A DNA stretch of 64,000 nt from Planctomycetota bacterium (GTDB taxonomy: Bacteria > Planctomycetota > UBA1135 > UBA2386), in NCBI GenBank assembly GCA_046290465.1, contig JBKAGP010000001.1:2912001-2976000 (forward strand). Direction: 5' to 3'. Every line of letters starts with the position of its first letter. The stretch's first letter is position 1. The notes under the pieces were generated by a model. The model saw only the letters and a program-made list of their open reading frames with translations, ran no database searches and was not told the origin of the DNA. Of the stretch, positions 49,208-59,254 are shown piece by piece. The position numbers were made by a program, and so were the translations under genes.

Positions 49208-50020
49208 ATGCGAGACCTTGGCCTCGAAGTTGAGACCGTGACACGCTGGTTCGCCGAAGAGCAGCGATCGCCCTTCGTGCTTGTGCGTGTTCCCGACGAG
49301 CACGCTGCTGCTTGGTCGGACGTCCTTGGTGTCTCAGTCCGTCGGTGCTACATCGATGACACCGTCCTCAAGGCGCGCGTGCAGGCAACCGGTTGCCCTC
49401 GGTCGGAGATCGTCGCCGCGAGGCTCCCGGATCCAGGTTCGACGATGTCAGGGGACTTCGGCGAGATACTGGTGTTTCTCTACCACGCAGCTGCCGAACG
49501 CGATGTCGACCTCATTGGCCCAAAGAAGTGGCGCCTGAAGCAGGACCGAACAAAACCAGCGCCACACTCGGATGTCGTTCACTTCGTGCTGCCGAGCTGG
49601 CCACGCTCCTCGACCGAGGACCGCATCCTGTGCTCTGAGGTAAAGACGAAGGCCACGGCCGGAGCCTCATCACCGATTTCCAAGGCGATTGATGACTGCG
49701 AGAAAGACCGAACCAGTCGATTGGCGAAGACCCTAGTTTGGCTGAGGGAACGTGCGCTTCATGAAGACCTTGGCAGCACGACCATCGATCACCTCGACCG
49801 CTTCATCAAGGCCACGGACCACCCCCAAGCCAAGAAGTGCTTCCACGCCGTCGCGGTCATTTGCGAGAACCTCGTGGACAACGAACTGGCAGACGCGCCC
49901 GACGAAGCGCCTGCAGACCACACGGTTGTAGTCATCGCAGTTCCAAACCTGAAGGAACGCTACGAAGCCGTATTCGACGCCGCTCATGCCACCGTCGCGG
50001 AAGCGGGCGGTGAGACGTGA
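49208..50020 (+). CDS. hamA: Hachiman HamA-like nuclease (DUF1837)
   Basis: GDFGEIL, SDVV, EVKT nuclease-like motifs; GTGA-coupled to a Ski2-like helicase. Confidence 0.75.
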   Translation: MRDLGLEVETVTRWFAEEQRSPFVLVRVPDEHAAAWSDVLGVSVRRCYIDDTVLKARVQATGCPRSEIVAARLPDPGSTMSGDFGEILVFLYHAAAERDVDLIGPKKWRLKQDRTKPAPHSDVVHFVLPSWPRSSTEDRILCSEVKTKATAGASSPISKAIDDCEKDRTSRLAKTLVWLRERALHEDLGSTTIDHLDRFIKATDHPQAKKCFHAVAVICENLVDNELADAPDEAPADHTVVVIAVPNLKERYEAVFDAAHATVAEAGGET

Positions 50021-52995
50021 GGGCAACTCTGGCAAAGTGGGTCGGTGACGCTGACGCCCTTCATCACGTGGAACGGTTCGGCTCCTCGCAGCCGCCACTA
50101 CAGCTGAGCTACATCAGGTCACGAGGCGACGACTACTACATTTCCCTCGTCGGCGAGCTCTTCGACAGGCTCCGTGAGCCCTACCGCGATCCGGTCGACT
50201 GGTCACGCCTGGGCAACGCCATCACTCAGGCCGGCGGCGTAGGAGAAGCTCGGGCAAACGCCTACTCCGGTATCATGGCGGCCGAAGCCGCCATCTTTGC
50301 TGCGGCCGCGTTCTACTTCGGCGGTTACTCTGCATCGGCCTACGTCACGTTGAAGACCTGCGACCCGGGTGCCCTCGATGACATTCAGCTCGCGTGCTAC
50401 GAGCTGCTCTCACGTCCACCGGCGATCAGGTCGGCACGTGTGCGTACCCTTGTTGGCGGCGTTCGAAGAGGGAACCTTGAGGTGCTTCGGGCGGAGGGCG
50501 AGTACGCGACTGAGAAGGAGGCATCTGCACTGCACACAGATTCCGGTGAGTGGATCGGCTGGCGGCTATTCGGGCGGGTCCTCTCCAAGTTCGAGCGAAC
50601 TAACGTCCGTGCAGTTCTACCCGATGGCGAATCGGGATTCTGGGACCCGCTAGTGCGGTCGTTCCTCAACCGGACCCCACCTACCTGGGATTTCTTCCCC
50701 TCGCAAATCGATGCCATTAGGAGCGGCCTGCTTGGAAGCGTGGCCTCATTCTCCCTACAGATGCCGACAGGCGCGGGAAAGACAGCTCTCTCTGAGACCC
50801 TCCTCTTTCACCACCTCAACCGCAACCCGCAGGATGTGGCCATCCTGCTCGTCCCCTTTCGCTCGCTCGCGGCAGAGCTTCGCGGCAGCCTTGCAAAGCG
50901 CTTGAGCAACATGGGCCTTCCCACCAGGTGTGCGTATGGAGGTACCGTGCCCACCGGCGAAGAAGTCAGAGACCTCGATGCAGCACGCGCGATCGTCGCA
51001 ACGCCTGAGGCACTATCGGGCCTGCTCAGCGCAGAGCCGGACTTCTACTCCCGAGTATCCCTCGTCATCTGCGACGAAGGGCACCTCCTCGATGGTGAGG
51101 CGCGCGGGGTCGGACTTGAGTTGCTGCTCGCCCGCATGCGCGCCCGCGAGAAAGGCCCGCCAAAGTTCGTCTTCGTTTCCGCGATCGTCCCGAACATCGA
51201 GGAGATCAACGTGTGGCTTGGCGGCACGGATCAGACCGTCGTTCGCAGTGACTACCGCCCGGCTCTCGCAGAGTTCGCAGCGCTGCAGGTAGCTGGCAAA
51301 GGCGCCGCCATGACGGTCGCGCTTCAGCTTCACCCACACCAAGCCGCATCCACGTTCTCTATCGAACGATTCCTGAGCCGTGATGACTTTCGCCACCGCA
51401 ATCCCACTACGAACCGGCTGAACACATACCCTTTCAAATCTGTGAAGGCCCAAGCCATCGCAGCAGCACGGAAGTCGCTCTCGATGGGGTCCGTTGCCGT
51501 GTTCGCGGCCAACAAGAGAGGCACTCAGGGAGCCGTAGGGCTCGCTCATGAACTCCTCCAACAACTGGCGAGCCTGCTGCCCCTGCCCGCCCCCATGCAG
51601 TTCGTCGGGGATGCGGTGAAGCTGCAGTCGGCAGTTGAGCACTTCACCCTGGAATACGGCGCTTCCTGGGTGGGCACACGAACACTTGCGGCAGGAGCCA
51701 TACTGCATCATGGAGACATTCCGCAAGAGAGCAGGGAAGTCGTGGAATCGCTGATTCGCGACAAAGACGTTCGCCTTGCCATCTGCACCAACACTTTGGC
51801 GGAAGGCGTCAACCTGCCGATCAGGACGTTGGTCCTCTACTCCGTGCAGCGTCGTGGCCCCAACGGAGCAGCAGAGAACCTGCTCGCGCGCGACATCAAG
51901 AACCTCGTCGGGCGCGCTGGACGAGCTGGGGCAACCACCAAGGGGCTGGTCATCTGCGCCAACCCTGGACAATGGCAACTTGTCGCCCCCGTGGCCGAGC
52001 AACAGCCAGGCGAACGCGTCTCCGGGGCACTGCTCGAGTTGATGGGGCGCGTCGAGTCAGCACTGAGCCAGCGGAGCATCACCCTCACAAACGACATCCT
52101 TGAGGGTGCGACGGCGCTTCACACTCTGATCGACGGCATCGATGCAACGCTTATCGATCTTGCCGCCGAGGAGCTAGGCGAAGATGAACTCGTGCGCATG
52201 GCCGGAGAGCTTTCGAGCCAGACTTTCGCGGCCCGCCAAGCTCAACAAACGACCACGGCACTGATGAAACAGGTGTTCGAGCTGCGTGCTCAACGCGTGG
52301 CAGCCATCAAGGGAGCGGGGAGACTCGCATGGATCCGAGAAACGGGTACGCGAGCACGAATGCTGGAGTCGGTGGAGGTCAATCTGTTACCCATGCGACA
52401 ACGCTGGGATGACATCGAAACGCCAACCGATCCGGAGTTGACAGAGACACTGCTGGTCTGGGCGTGGGGCCTTCCCGAGGTAGCCGAGGCACTCGACGAG
52501 GCCTACCGGGGATCCCCCCCATCGCGGTCGAGTTTCGCCAGGATCTTGGAGGCGTGGATCGACGGCCGATCTCTGGCGGAGATCGCCAGCCAGACGGAAA
52601 CCGATATCGACACCATGCTCGGCGTTCATTCCCGGGTCGTCAGCTACGTCCTCCAGGTAGCCGTCGAGCAGGGCATCGGGCTGCTAAGGAAGCTGCTCGA
52701 CGCGAATAACCTCGAACTGTCTAAGGCCGTTGCGGACTTCCCCGAGCACCTACGCTTCGGTGTCCCAACGCCTGCCGGAAGATTGCTCGCAGCTGGCGGA
52801 GTCAGGCACCGACGAGCTGCTGTAGCGCTTGGCCGCAGCCCTGAGCTTGCGTCGGATCGTGGAGATGACCGAGAAGCCGTCCTCTCCGTAGCCCGACACC
52901 TGCTCGAAGACCGCGAAAGGTGGCTGCCTTCGATGGGGACTCTGGTGCTGGAGAACACGATACTCGACCTCATGGCTGCGCGAGGAACTGGATAG
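50017..52995 (+). CDS. hamB: Hachiman HamB-like SF2 (Ski2-like DEAD/DEAH) helicase
   Basis: MPTGAGKT, DEGH, SAI, HHG, TNTLAEGVNLP, GRAGRAG. Confidence 0.8.
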   Translation: MRATLAKWVGDADALHHVERFGSSQPPLQLSYIRSRGDDYYISLVGELFDRLREPYRDPVDWSRLGNAITQAGGVGEARANAYSGIMAAEAAIFAAAAFYFGGYSASAYVTLKTCDPGALDDIQLACYELLSRPPAIRSARVRTLVGGVRRGNLEVLRAEGEYATEKEASALHTDSGEWIGWRLFGRVLSKFERTNVRAVLPDGESGFWDPLVRSFLNRTPPTWDFFPSQIDAIRSGLLGSVASFSLQMPTGAGKTALSETLLFHHLNRNPQDVAILLVPFRSLAAELRGSLAKRLSNMGLPTRCAYGGTVPTGEEVRDLDAARAIVATPEALSGLLSAEPDFYSRVSLVICDEGHLLDGEARGVGLELLLARMRAREKGPPKFVFVSAIVPNIEEINVWLGGTDQTVVRSDYRPALAEFAALQVAGKGAAMTVALQLHPHQAASTFSIERFLSRDDFRHRNPTTNRLNTYPFKSVKAQAIAAARKSLSMGSVAVFAANKRGTQGAVGLAHELLQQLASLLPLPAPMQFVGDAVKLQSAVEHFTLEYGASWVGTRTLAAGAILHHGDIPQESREVVESLIRDKDVRLAICTNTLAEGVNLPIRTLVLYSVQRRGPNGAAENLLARDIKNLVGRAGRAGATTKGLVICANPGQWQLVAPVAEQQPGERVSGALLELMGRVESALSQRSITLTNDILEGATALHTLIDGIDATLIDLAAEELGEDELVRMAGELSSQTFAARQAQQTTTALMKQVFELRAQRVAAIKGAGRLAWIRETGTRARMLESVEVNLLPMRQRWDDIETPTDPELTETLLVWAWGLPEVAEALDEAYRGSPPSRSSFARILEAWIDGRSLAEIASQTETDIDTMLGVHSRVVSYVLQVAVEQGIGLLRKLLDANNLELSKAVADFPEHLRFGVPTPAGRLLAAGGVRHRRAAVALGRSPELASDRGDDREAVLSVARHLLEDRERWLPSMGTLVLENTILDLMAARGTG

Positions 52996-53278
52996 CAATC
53001 GCGGCTTCGGGCGGATCTTCGCCCGCCCCCGGGAACCTCAAAGTCGGTACCGCGCGGTCCCCTGCCTGCCAGTCGTGCCCGATACTTGGAGCACGCCGAT
53101 TCGCCCGAACAAGGCGCTAGGCAGAGCGGTCACCGGTTGATGAGCGCCAAGACCCAGGTGAGCACCCAGGCCACGGTCAGGTAAGCCACAACCCTGCATC
53201 GAGCGCGCCCGCATGCGGGACATCTCCTGACAAAGCTCGCCCAAGGGACGCCACACCGAGGACAGACGCGTGGAGTTC

Positions 53279-53947
53279 TCATGCTTTGCCGCCGCAGGGC
53301 CCCACCCCATCGATCCCGAACGGTCTTACGACCGTGCGCCGTAGCCGCAAACAGTCGACCGGCAGCTTCCCCAGCCCGGCGACCTTGCGCTCCTTGTTGA
53401 CGGCTCTGAGGAGCGAGAGAAGCTGTCGGCGAACAGGTGCATAGGGCTCGAAGCCGAGGTACTGGAACTCCGCAGCAACCTGTCCGACCGACCGTCGACG
53501 TGCTAGCTCGAGCAGGTAGGCCTTGAGGGAACGGTAGCGCTCCGGGTGGATCCGAACCGAAACATGCCATCGCCGATCAGCACCACGATGCCAACCGATC
53601 GAGTAGCCGCCGAAAGCGATCGGCTGGAGCCGAACGTCCCTGACCTGCGAGGCCGAGTGCTCCTCGTAGAACCGATGGCCCTCTCGCGGCTCGGTGGCAC
53701 ACAACACGAAGAACCGCCGAAACCGGATGTACTGGACGTTGGGCAGACCCGCCCGCTTGCGCCGCGCACGGACGAACTTCGACACGCCGAGCTCGTAGCG
53801 CTCGATCATCCGCTCGTCCACGGCGCGTGGGTCCTTGTGCGGTGGGATCTCACCGACGACGTAGTGATGGTAGCCGTGGCGGACGTAGCAGCACGCAAGC
53901 TGCTGGACGAACCCCGCCACGGACGTGGCTTCACACCTGTAGTTCAC
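53279..53947 (-). CDS. Highly basic hypothetical protein
   Basis: YRCEATSVAGFVQQLA...RARRKRAG...FEPYAPVRRQL; GTG 53947 chosen, start uncertain. Confidence 0.7.
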   Translation of the reverse strand: MNYRCEATSVAGFVQQLACCYVRHGYHHYVVGEIPPHKDPRAVDERMIERYELGVSKFVRARRKRAGLPNVQYIRFRRFFVLCATEPREGHRFYEEHSASQVRDVRLQPIAFGGYSIGWHRGADRRWHVSVRIHPERYRSLKAYLLELARRRSVGQVAAEFQYLGFEPYAPVRRQLLSLLRAVNKERKVAGLGKLPVDCLRLRRTVVRPFGIDGVGPCGGKA

Positions 53948-55492
53948 AACTGCACCTATCAACTTCCTGGCACCTCTCCGCTCCACAGAACGGACAAGTG
54001 CGGAGCGTTTACGGGCACGCTCCAAGCCGCTGAACCTTCCGGCCAGCGACCATCGCCCAACCATGTTGATCACCTCCTTGGCAACCTCGTTGCGCGCATA
54101 CCCACATTCCAGATCGCACGCCCGCAGGGCGTGTCCAATCCATGATGGTTGCGCTAGACCTCCTTGCGACGGCCGCCGGATAAACCTCCGGCGTCCATCG
54201 TCATCCTGTCGCCGCAGGGGGCGGCTCCTCCCGGAGCACTTCCCTACCCCCTGCAGCCACAAGTCGTGCTTACCAAGCAACCGTCACCTCGAGTGACGTT
54301 TCGTTCGCTCGTCGCTGCTTTCGTCGTCGCTGTGCTCGCCGGGGCCAACCGGCGTGCGCGAACGCGGGTCCTGACTGCCTTGCCAGGAAGAAGTCGCACG
54401 AAGACTCCTTCGAGACCCTTCGGTCTCGCCACCGCTCGGGCTCCCGCCCGACTTCTACTTGCAGCTCGCTCCCAGACTCGAGCCTTTGAATCACCTGGTC
54501 GACAGCCAGGCACCGGGCACCTCCCCGGCAGCTCGAGTCCTTCCCCGATTAGTGGACCACGTCGAAGCATGGGTCACGTTGCTAGCGGCGTTTCACGCCG
54601 CGGCACGAGCCCGTGAAGCCTAGTCTCCCGACCGGTGCTTCACTCTCCCCGGAGCAGGTCCTCCGGGATTTCAGGCGGCAGAATGCAGAAGCTCCGCCTT
54701 ACAGACCGGACAGGTGCGTTCGCAGTTCGGCACCGTCTCCCATGCTTCTGACCAGCAAGCCCTCGCGGGCCTTTCACCGTTGAACTTTTCACGGCCGAGG
54801 GACTTTCCCTCGGTCCCCGGACTTGTCAGGTCCGGTCGATTCGCCTCGCGGCGATCGAGCTCCCGGCGCTGGCTTGCGTTGAACGGACGCGGTGTCGATC
54901 ACGACAACCGGGCCCGGACCCCGCAGGTGGATTTGGCAGCACGCCTCTTCCTCGCTTGCTCGATGGCACCCGCCACGACGGACGGGCAATCGCACGAGTC
55001 ATGCCCGTGCGGGGCAAGCGGGGTGTCGGCGCCTTCGCTACCTCACCAACTTCGTCATCCACGACCACTCGGAGTTCCACCGCGTGGCGTGTCTCGGTCG
55101 TCCCGCCTCCGAAGCGCGGGATCACCATGAGATAGAATGAGCGGATTGACGTTCGACGCATGTTCGGGAGAGGGGCACCGCGCCCCTCGGAACCGATCCC
55201 GAGAGCGCGGGCGCCAAGGCCCGATGGATTCGAACGGATTACTCGCTCAAGCCTCTCTCGCACTGGACGAGCCCGTCTCCGGGCATCCAGCGCTACGAGC
55301 CAACATCACGGCAGGCGGTGAACCCTGCCCCCTTAGCCTGGTGGCTACCAGGTTTGCCGGGTGATGCTGCGGCACTTCGAGGCGACGTCAGACCGTGTTT
55401 CGAGTTCTGACGACGAGGAGCCCCTGTGGAGCTCCATGAGACCAGGGTACCATGACACGCAAGGCCTTGGCAAAGCGCCGCCACACCGGAGC

Positions 55493-56053
55493 ATGCAAGG
55501 CAGCCAACATCAACGGAGAACCACCATCATCGACTCGGAACTCAAGCGAGCGGCATACCACGAGGCCGGCCACCTTGTCGTCATGAGGCATCACGGAGTA
55601 ATGATCCGCACAGCCATCGCCCGGACGAATGGCGACGGACGCGCGAGCCACTACGAACCGCCTCAAGACGATCTTGGCACCCACCTCGATCTCTACATGA
55701 GCGGCCCCGCTGCAGAGTGCCTCATCGGCGAAGAGCTAGCCCCTCCGAACCCCGCCGAGCTCATCGACCTCCAGAGCCTTCCTCCCATCAGGTGTCCGGA
55801 CCACCTGGAGGCCATGTGCATCTTCAGAGAGAGGCGGCCTGACGAGGGGTTCGGAGGAATGTCCAAAGCCCTCTGGGAATCGCACAGGAGATGCCACGAC
55901 ATCTTGGCGCTGCAGGGCATTGCGCTCCAGCATGTCGCCGAAGCCCTTCACACGAGGCCGAACAAATGCGTGCCCGGCCACCTGATCGACCGAGTTCTGG
56001 ATGAACACTGGATGCACGGCCCCGCCTTGGGCAACGAGGAGCCCCTCGCATGA
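55493..56053 (+). CDS. Stand-alone M41-like HExxH metallopeptidase domain protein
   Basis: RAAYHEAGHLVV, SGPAAE, VAEALH; no AAA domain; start uncertain. Confidence 0.65.
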   Translation: MQGSQHQRRTTIIDSELKRAAYHEAGHLVVMRHHGVMIRTAIARTNGDGRASHYEPPQDDLGTHLDLYMSGPAAECLIGEELAPPNPAELIDLQSLPPIRCPDHLEAMCIFRERRPDEGFGGMSKALWESHRRCHDILALQGIALQHVAEALHTRPNKCVPGHLIDRVLDEHWMHGPALGNEEPLA

Positions 56054-57186
56054 CGTCCGTTTTCATCAGTTCCGTCATGAGTGGCATGGAGGACATGCGC
56101 GCGGCTGCCGTAGCGGCGTGCGAGTCCGTTGGCGTCGACCTCATTCGCGCGGAGGACTTTGTAACCGACGGGGCAACGCCTCGAGGAGCTTGCCTTCGCG
56201 GCGTTGCGCAAGCCGATGCAATGATCCTCCTTCTCGGCCAACGATACGGGGCGAAACTAGACAGCGGGCGATCCGCCACGGCGGAGGAGTTCGCCGAAGC
56301 CAAGCGGCACAACAAGGACATCCTGGTCTTCAGGACAAGCGCCGACCCCGAATCGGATCAGTCTGCATTCATCGCCGAGGTTGGCGCGTGGCAAGGCGGA
56401 CTCTCCTACAAGCTGTGCTCGTCTTCCATTGAGCTGCAGAAGGAGCTTGTCCGAAGCCTGTTGCAATGGAGCTCCGCCCCACCGGTCGGAGACATTGACC
56501 GCCGAGTTAGCAGCAACTTGTCCAAGGTCGTCCCATCGACCAACTCAAACTACCTCGGAAGCGATCCACCTCGGCTCGCGATCTCGTGGACCCCGAGCCA
56601 GCCGCTCATGCTCAACGAAGACGTCGTCTTCGATCACCTCCCCGATGTGGCTGGCGACCTTCTTGTCGCCGGCCCAACCAGACTCCTCGACGCGCGCCCG
56701 ACCCATTCGACCGAGCCGGACGGAATTGCGCTCCAAAACCGCGACCAGGAGCCCCCCATGCTCCGTGGCTGGATCGGAACGGACCTCTCCATTGCTATCT
56801 GCGTCGGAATCGTCCAAGGCCACTCGCACAATCACGACGGGATGATGACTCCCATGTTCTTCCTCTCGCCGAGCGACCTCCACAGAGCAACAAGCAGGCT
56901 GCTCGCATTCGTAGGTGCAGTGCTCGGCCACGTGGACTCCGATCGACGGTGCAACGGTGGGCGTATTCAGTTCTGCCTGTCGGGAATGGGATCCCGAGTG
57001 ATTGGCGAAGCGCAACCGGGCCAGTCATCGTTTCAGGTGAACATGCACAACGGCGGACGAGACGGCGGCGACATCGTCACTCCGGCGCATCCAGAGGCCA
57101 TCGTGAGATCCCAACTTGCGGCTGAGAGCGCCGCAGTCGAACGAGTGCTCAAGAGACTGATCCGGCAGTGCGGCGGGGGATCATAG
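56050..57186 (+). CDS. DUF4062 domain protein with unknown C-terminal domain
   Basis: VFISS, CLRGVAQAD, LLGQRYG, SATAEEFAEA; ATGA overlap with the peptidase. Confidence 0.85.
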   Translation: MTSVFISSVMSGMEDMRAAAVAACESVGVDLIRAEDFVTDGATPRGACLRGVAQADAMILLLGQRYGAKLDSGRSATAEEFAEAKRHNKDILVFRTSADPESDQSAFIAEVGAWQGGLSYKLCSSSIELQKELVRSLLQWSSAPPVGDIDRRVSSNLSKVVPSTNSNYLGSDPPRLAISWTPSQPLMLNEDVVFDHLPDVAGDLLVAGPTRLLDARPTHSTEPDGIALQNRDQEPPMLRGWIGTDLSIAICVGIVQGHSHNHDGMMTPMFFLSPSDLHRATSRLLAFVGAVLGHVDSDRRCNGGRIQFCLSGMGSRVIGEAQPGQSSFQVNMHNGGRDGGDIVTPAHPEAIVRSQLAAESAAVERVLKRLIRQCGGGS

Positions 57187-57293
57187 CCCGACAAGCAACC
57201 GACATCGGCGCCCCAGGGGAAGTCTCGAACGCGACCGGAGGGCCGAACGCGGAAACAGAGCCCAAGCGAGAACCTCCTCTGAGGCGACGCACG

Positions 57294-58613
57294 TCAATGT
57301 CGCCGTCCCGGAGTCTGGAGCAACCGCTCCAGCACGACGGTCGCCGCCAAGTCTCCCGTCACGTTCACCGCGGTTCGCGACATATCAAGGATGCGGTCGA
57401 CTCCCAAGATCATGGCCACTCCACCGGCCGGGACCCCGATGCCCTGAAGCACTGATGCCAGGATGACGATGCCGACTCCAGGAGTGCTCGGCGATCCAAT
57501 CGAAGCACCGATCGTCGTGCAAGCCAGCAACGCCATCTCACCGAGGCTGAGGTCCACACCAAACACCTGGGTCATGAATACGGCAGCAGTCACCTGATAG
57601 AGCGCTGTTCCGTCCATGTTCACGGTCGCTCCAAGCGGAATGACGAACTGCACGACCGGTCGTGACGCCCCCAGGCTTTCCTCTGCGATCTTCATCGACA
57701 GCGGCATAACGGCGGCAGAACTCGAGGTGGAGAACGCAAGCAACTGCGCATCACGAATGCGGGCGAGAAACTGCAACGGCCCCTGCTTCCCCAACCACCG
57801 CACGAGCAAGGAGTAGACGACGATCAGTGCTACGAGTCCAAGAAGGACGGTCGCCACGTAGGCCCCAAGCCCCGCGAGGGCATTCGCTCCAGTACGCGTC
57901 ATCACTTGCGCCAAGAGCCCAAAAACCGCAACTGGTGCAAGCGCCATCGCCCACCCGACAACCTTGAGTGCAAGCTCCTGCGTCGCCTGGAGAATCCGAA
58001 TGAGGAGTTCGCGGGACTCGGATCTGAGCCCTACCAGCGCGACGCCAACCAACATCGCGAACACCACCAACTGCAGCATGCTTCGGTGAAGAAGAGCGCT
58101 CGACGGATTGCTCGGAATGATCTCTGCAATGCGTTCGGGCAACAGTCTTGATGAAGCCCCCGTCTCGACTGGCATGCCCCCCTGATCGGTGACACCATCG
58201 AACGACGCACCATCGACGAGGTGACCTGGCCCGATCAGGGTAGCAAGGGTGATCCCGATCAGCACCGCGATACAGGTCGTCGCTACGAAGTAGGGAAGAA
58301 CTCGGAGCCCCACGCGCTTGAGAAACTCCGCTGACCCACCAGACGCGATCCCCAGGATGACCGACGAGAGCACCAGCGGCACGACCATCATCTGGATCAG
58401 CGCCATGAAGACATGACCCGGCAAGGCCAGCCAGCACGCAATCAGTCTCGCGCCGCTCTCCGCAAAGAGACCACCTCCCGAGGGGGAGAGGGCCAAGCCA
58501 ACGCCCACGCCCAGCGCCATCCCTATGAGAACCTGCAGCCATAGGCGACTCCGAACGTAAGCCGCAATGCGCCGCAAGAGCCCTTGTGACCCTACTTCAC
58601 GATTTCTCATCAT
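57294..58613 (-). CDS. Dicarboxylate/amino acid:cation symporter (DAACS)
   Basis: AFSTSSSAA, GATVNMDGTALY, DRILDMSRTAVNVTGD; RBS AGGAGG. Confidence 0.93.
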   Translation of the reverse strand: MMRNREVGSQGLLRRIAAYVRSRLWLQVLIGMALGVGVGLALSPSGGGLFAESGARLIACWLALPGHVFMALIQMMVVPLVLSSVILGIASGGSAEFLKRVGLRVLPYFVATTCIAVLIGITLATLIGPGHLVDGASFDGVTDQGGMPVETGASSRLLPERIAEIIPSNPSSALLHRSMLQLVVFAMLVGVALVGLRSESRELLIRILQATQELALKVVGWAMALAPVAVFGLLAQVMTRTGANALAGLGAYVATVLLGLVALIVVYSLLVRWLGKQGPLQFLARIRDAQLLAFSTSSSAAVMPLSMKIAEESLGASRPVVQFVIPLGATVNMDGTALYQVTAAVFMTQVFGVDLSLGEMALLACTTIGASIGSPSTPGVGIVILASVLQGIGVPAGGVAMILGVDRILDMSRTAVNVTGDLAATVVLERLLQTPGRRH

Positions 58614-58840
58614 GCCTCCTGGAAGCGCTCCGGGATGCACAGCATCCCGCCGATGAATCCCAGCCGCGCGGCATGACTTGCTCCCTATCGCCTCGCAACT
58701 CCAGCCGACTCACGCAGCGGCGAGGTCTCGCCGACACAATCCAGAGTGATCAGGCTTCGGACCGAAAGCGGCGACATGCATGTAAGTAGCCCCGCAGTCG
58801 CAGCGGCGAGACCTCGCGGCCCCAGCGCTGCGCGGGCCCC

Positions 58841-59143
58841 CTACTTGCGCTTTGCCGACTGCCCAGCGGCGTCCATTCCCGCAAGCAACTGCTCTACAGT
58901 TGTCGCATTGGGGTCAAGGCTGACGACGATATCGGCCGAACCAGGCTCGACCTCGATTCCCGACACGCCAGGGAGCTTGGTCACGGCACCACGCACGGTG
59001 GCGGCACAACCGCCTCAAGTCGGCGTCTTGTCCAGGACAAGGTGGACTTGGGTAGACGTGAGCTGAGAGTCGTGCTTGACCGTGCTGCAGCCAGCGAATG
59101 ACAGCGCGACGATGACTGCGCAGGCAATCCAGAGATGCTTCAT
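58841..59143 (-). CDS. HMA-domain lipoprotein with in-frame TGA, probable selenoprotein (U43-G-G-C46)
   Basis: MKHLWIACAVIVALSFAGC...LVLDKTPT-TGA(59015-59017)-GGCAATVRGAVTKLPGVSGIEVEPGSADIVVSLDPNATTVEQLLAGMDAAGQSAKRK-TAG. Confidence 0.8.
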
Positions 59144-59254
59144 GATTAGGGTTCTGGGTGTTGTTGGATGAACCGAGACGCAAGCCCGAAACGCAGGGCT
59201 GCACAAGGCCATCCGCAACCACCATGCCACGCCGAGCAGCTAGCACATGACTTG

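Noticed and set aside
54000..55490. Short ORFs between the basic protein and the peptidase, and those in 48690-49200 and 40380-40900
   Set aside because: No recognisable motifs, RBS or consistent codon bias; possibly decayed sequence, not supportable as genes
59015..59246. ORF-track calls 59015..59230 and 58914..59246
   Set aside because: The first is the truncated 5' part of the TGA-readthrough HMA gene with an over-extended start; the second is an off-frame shadow
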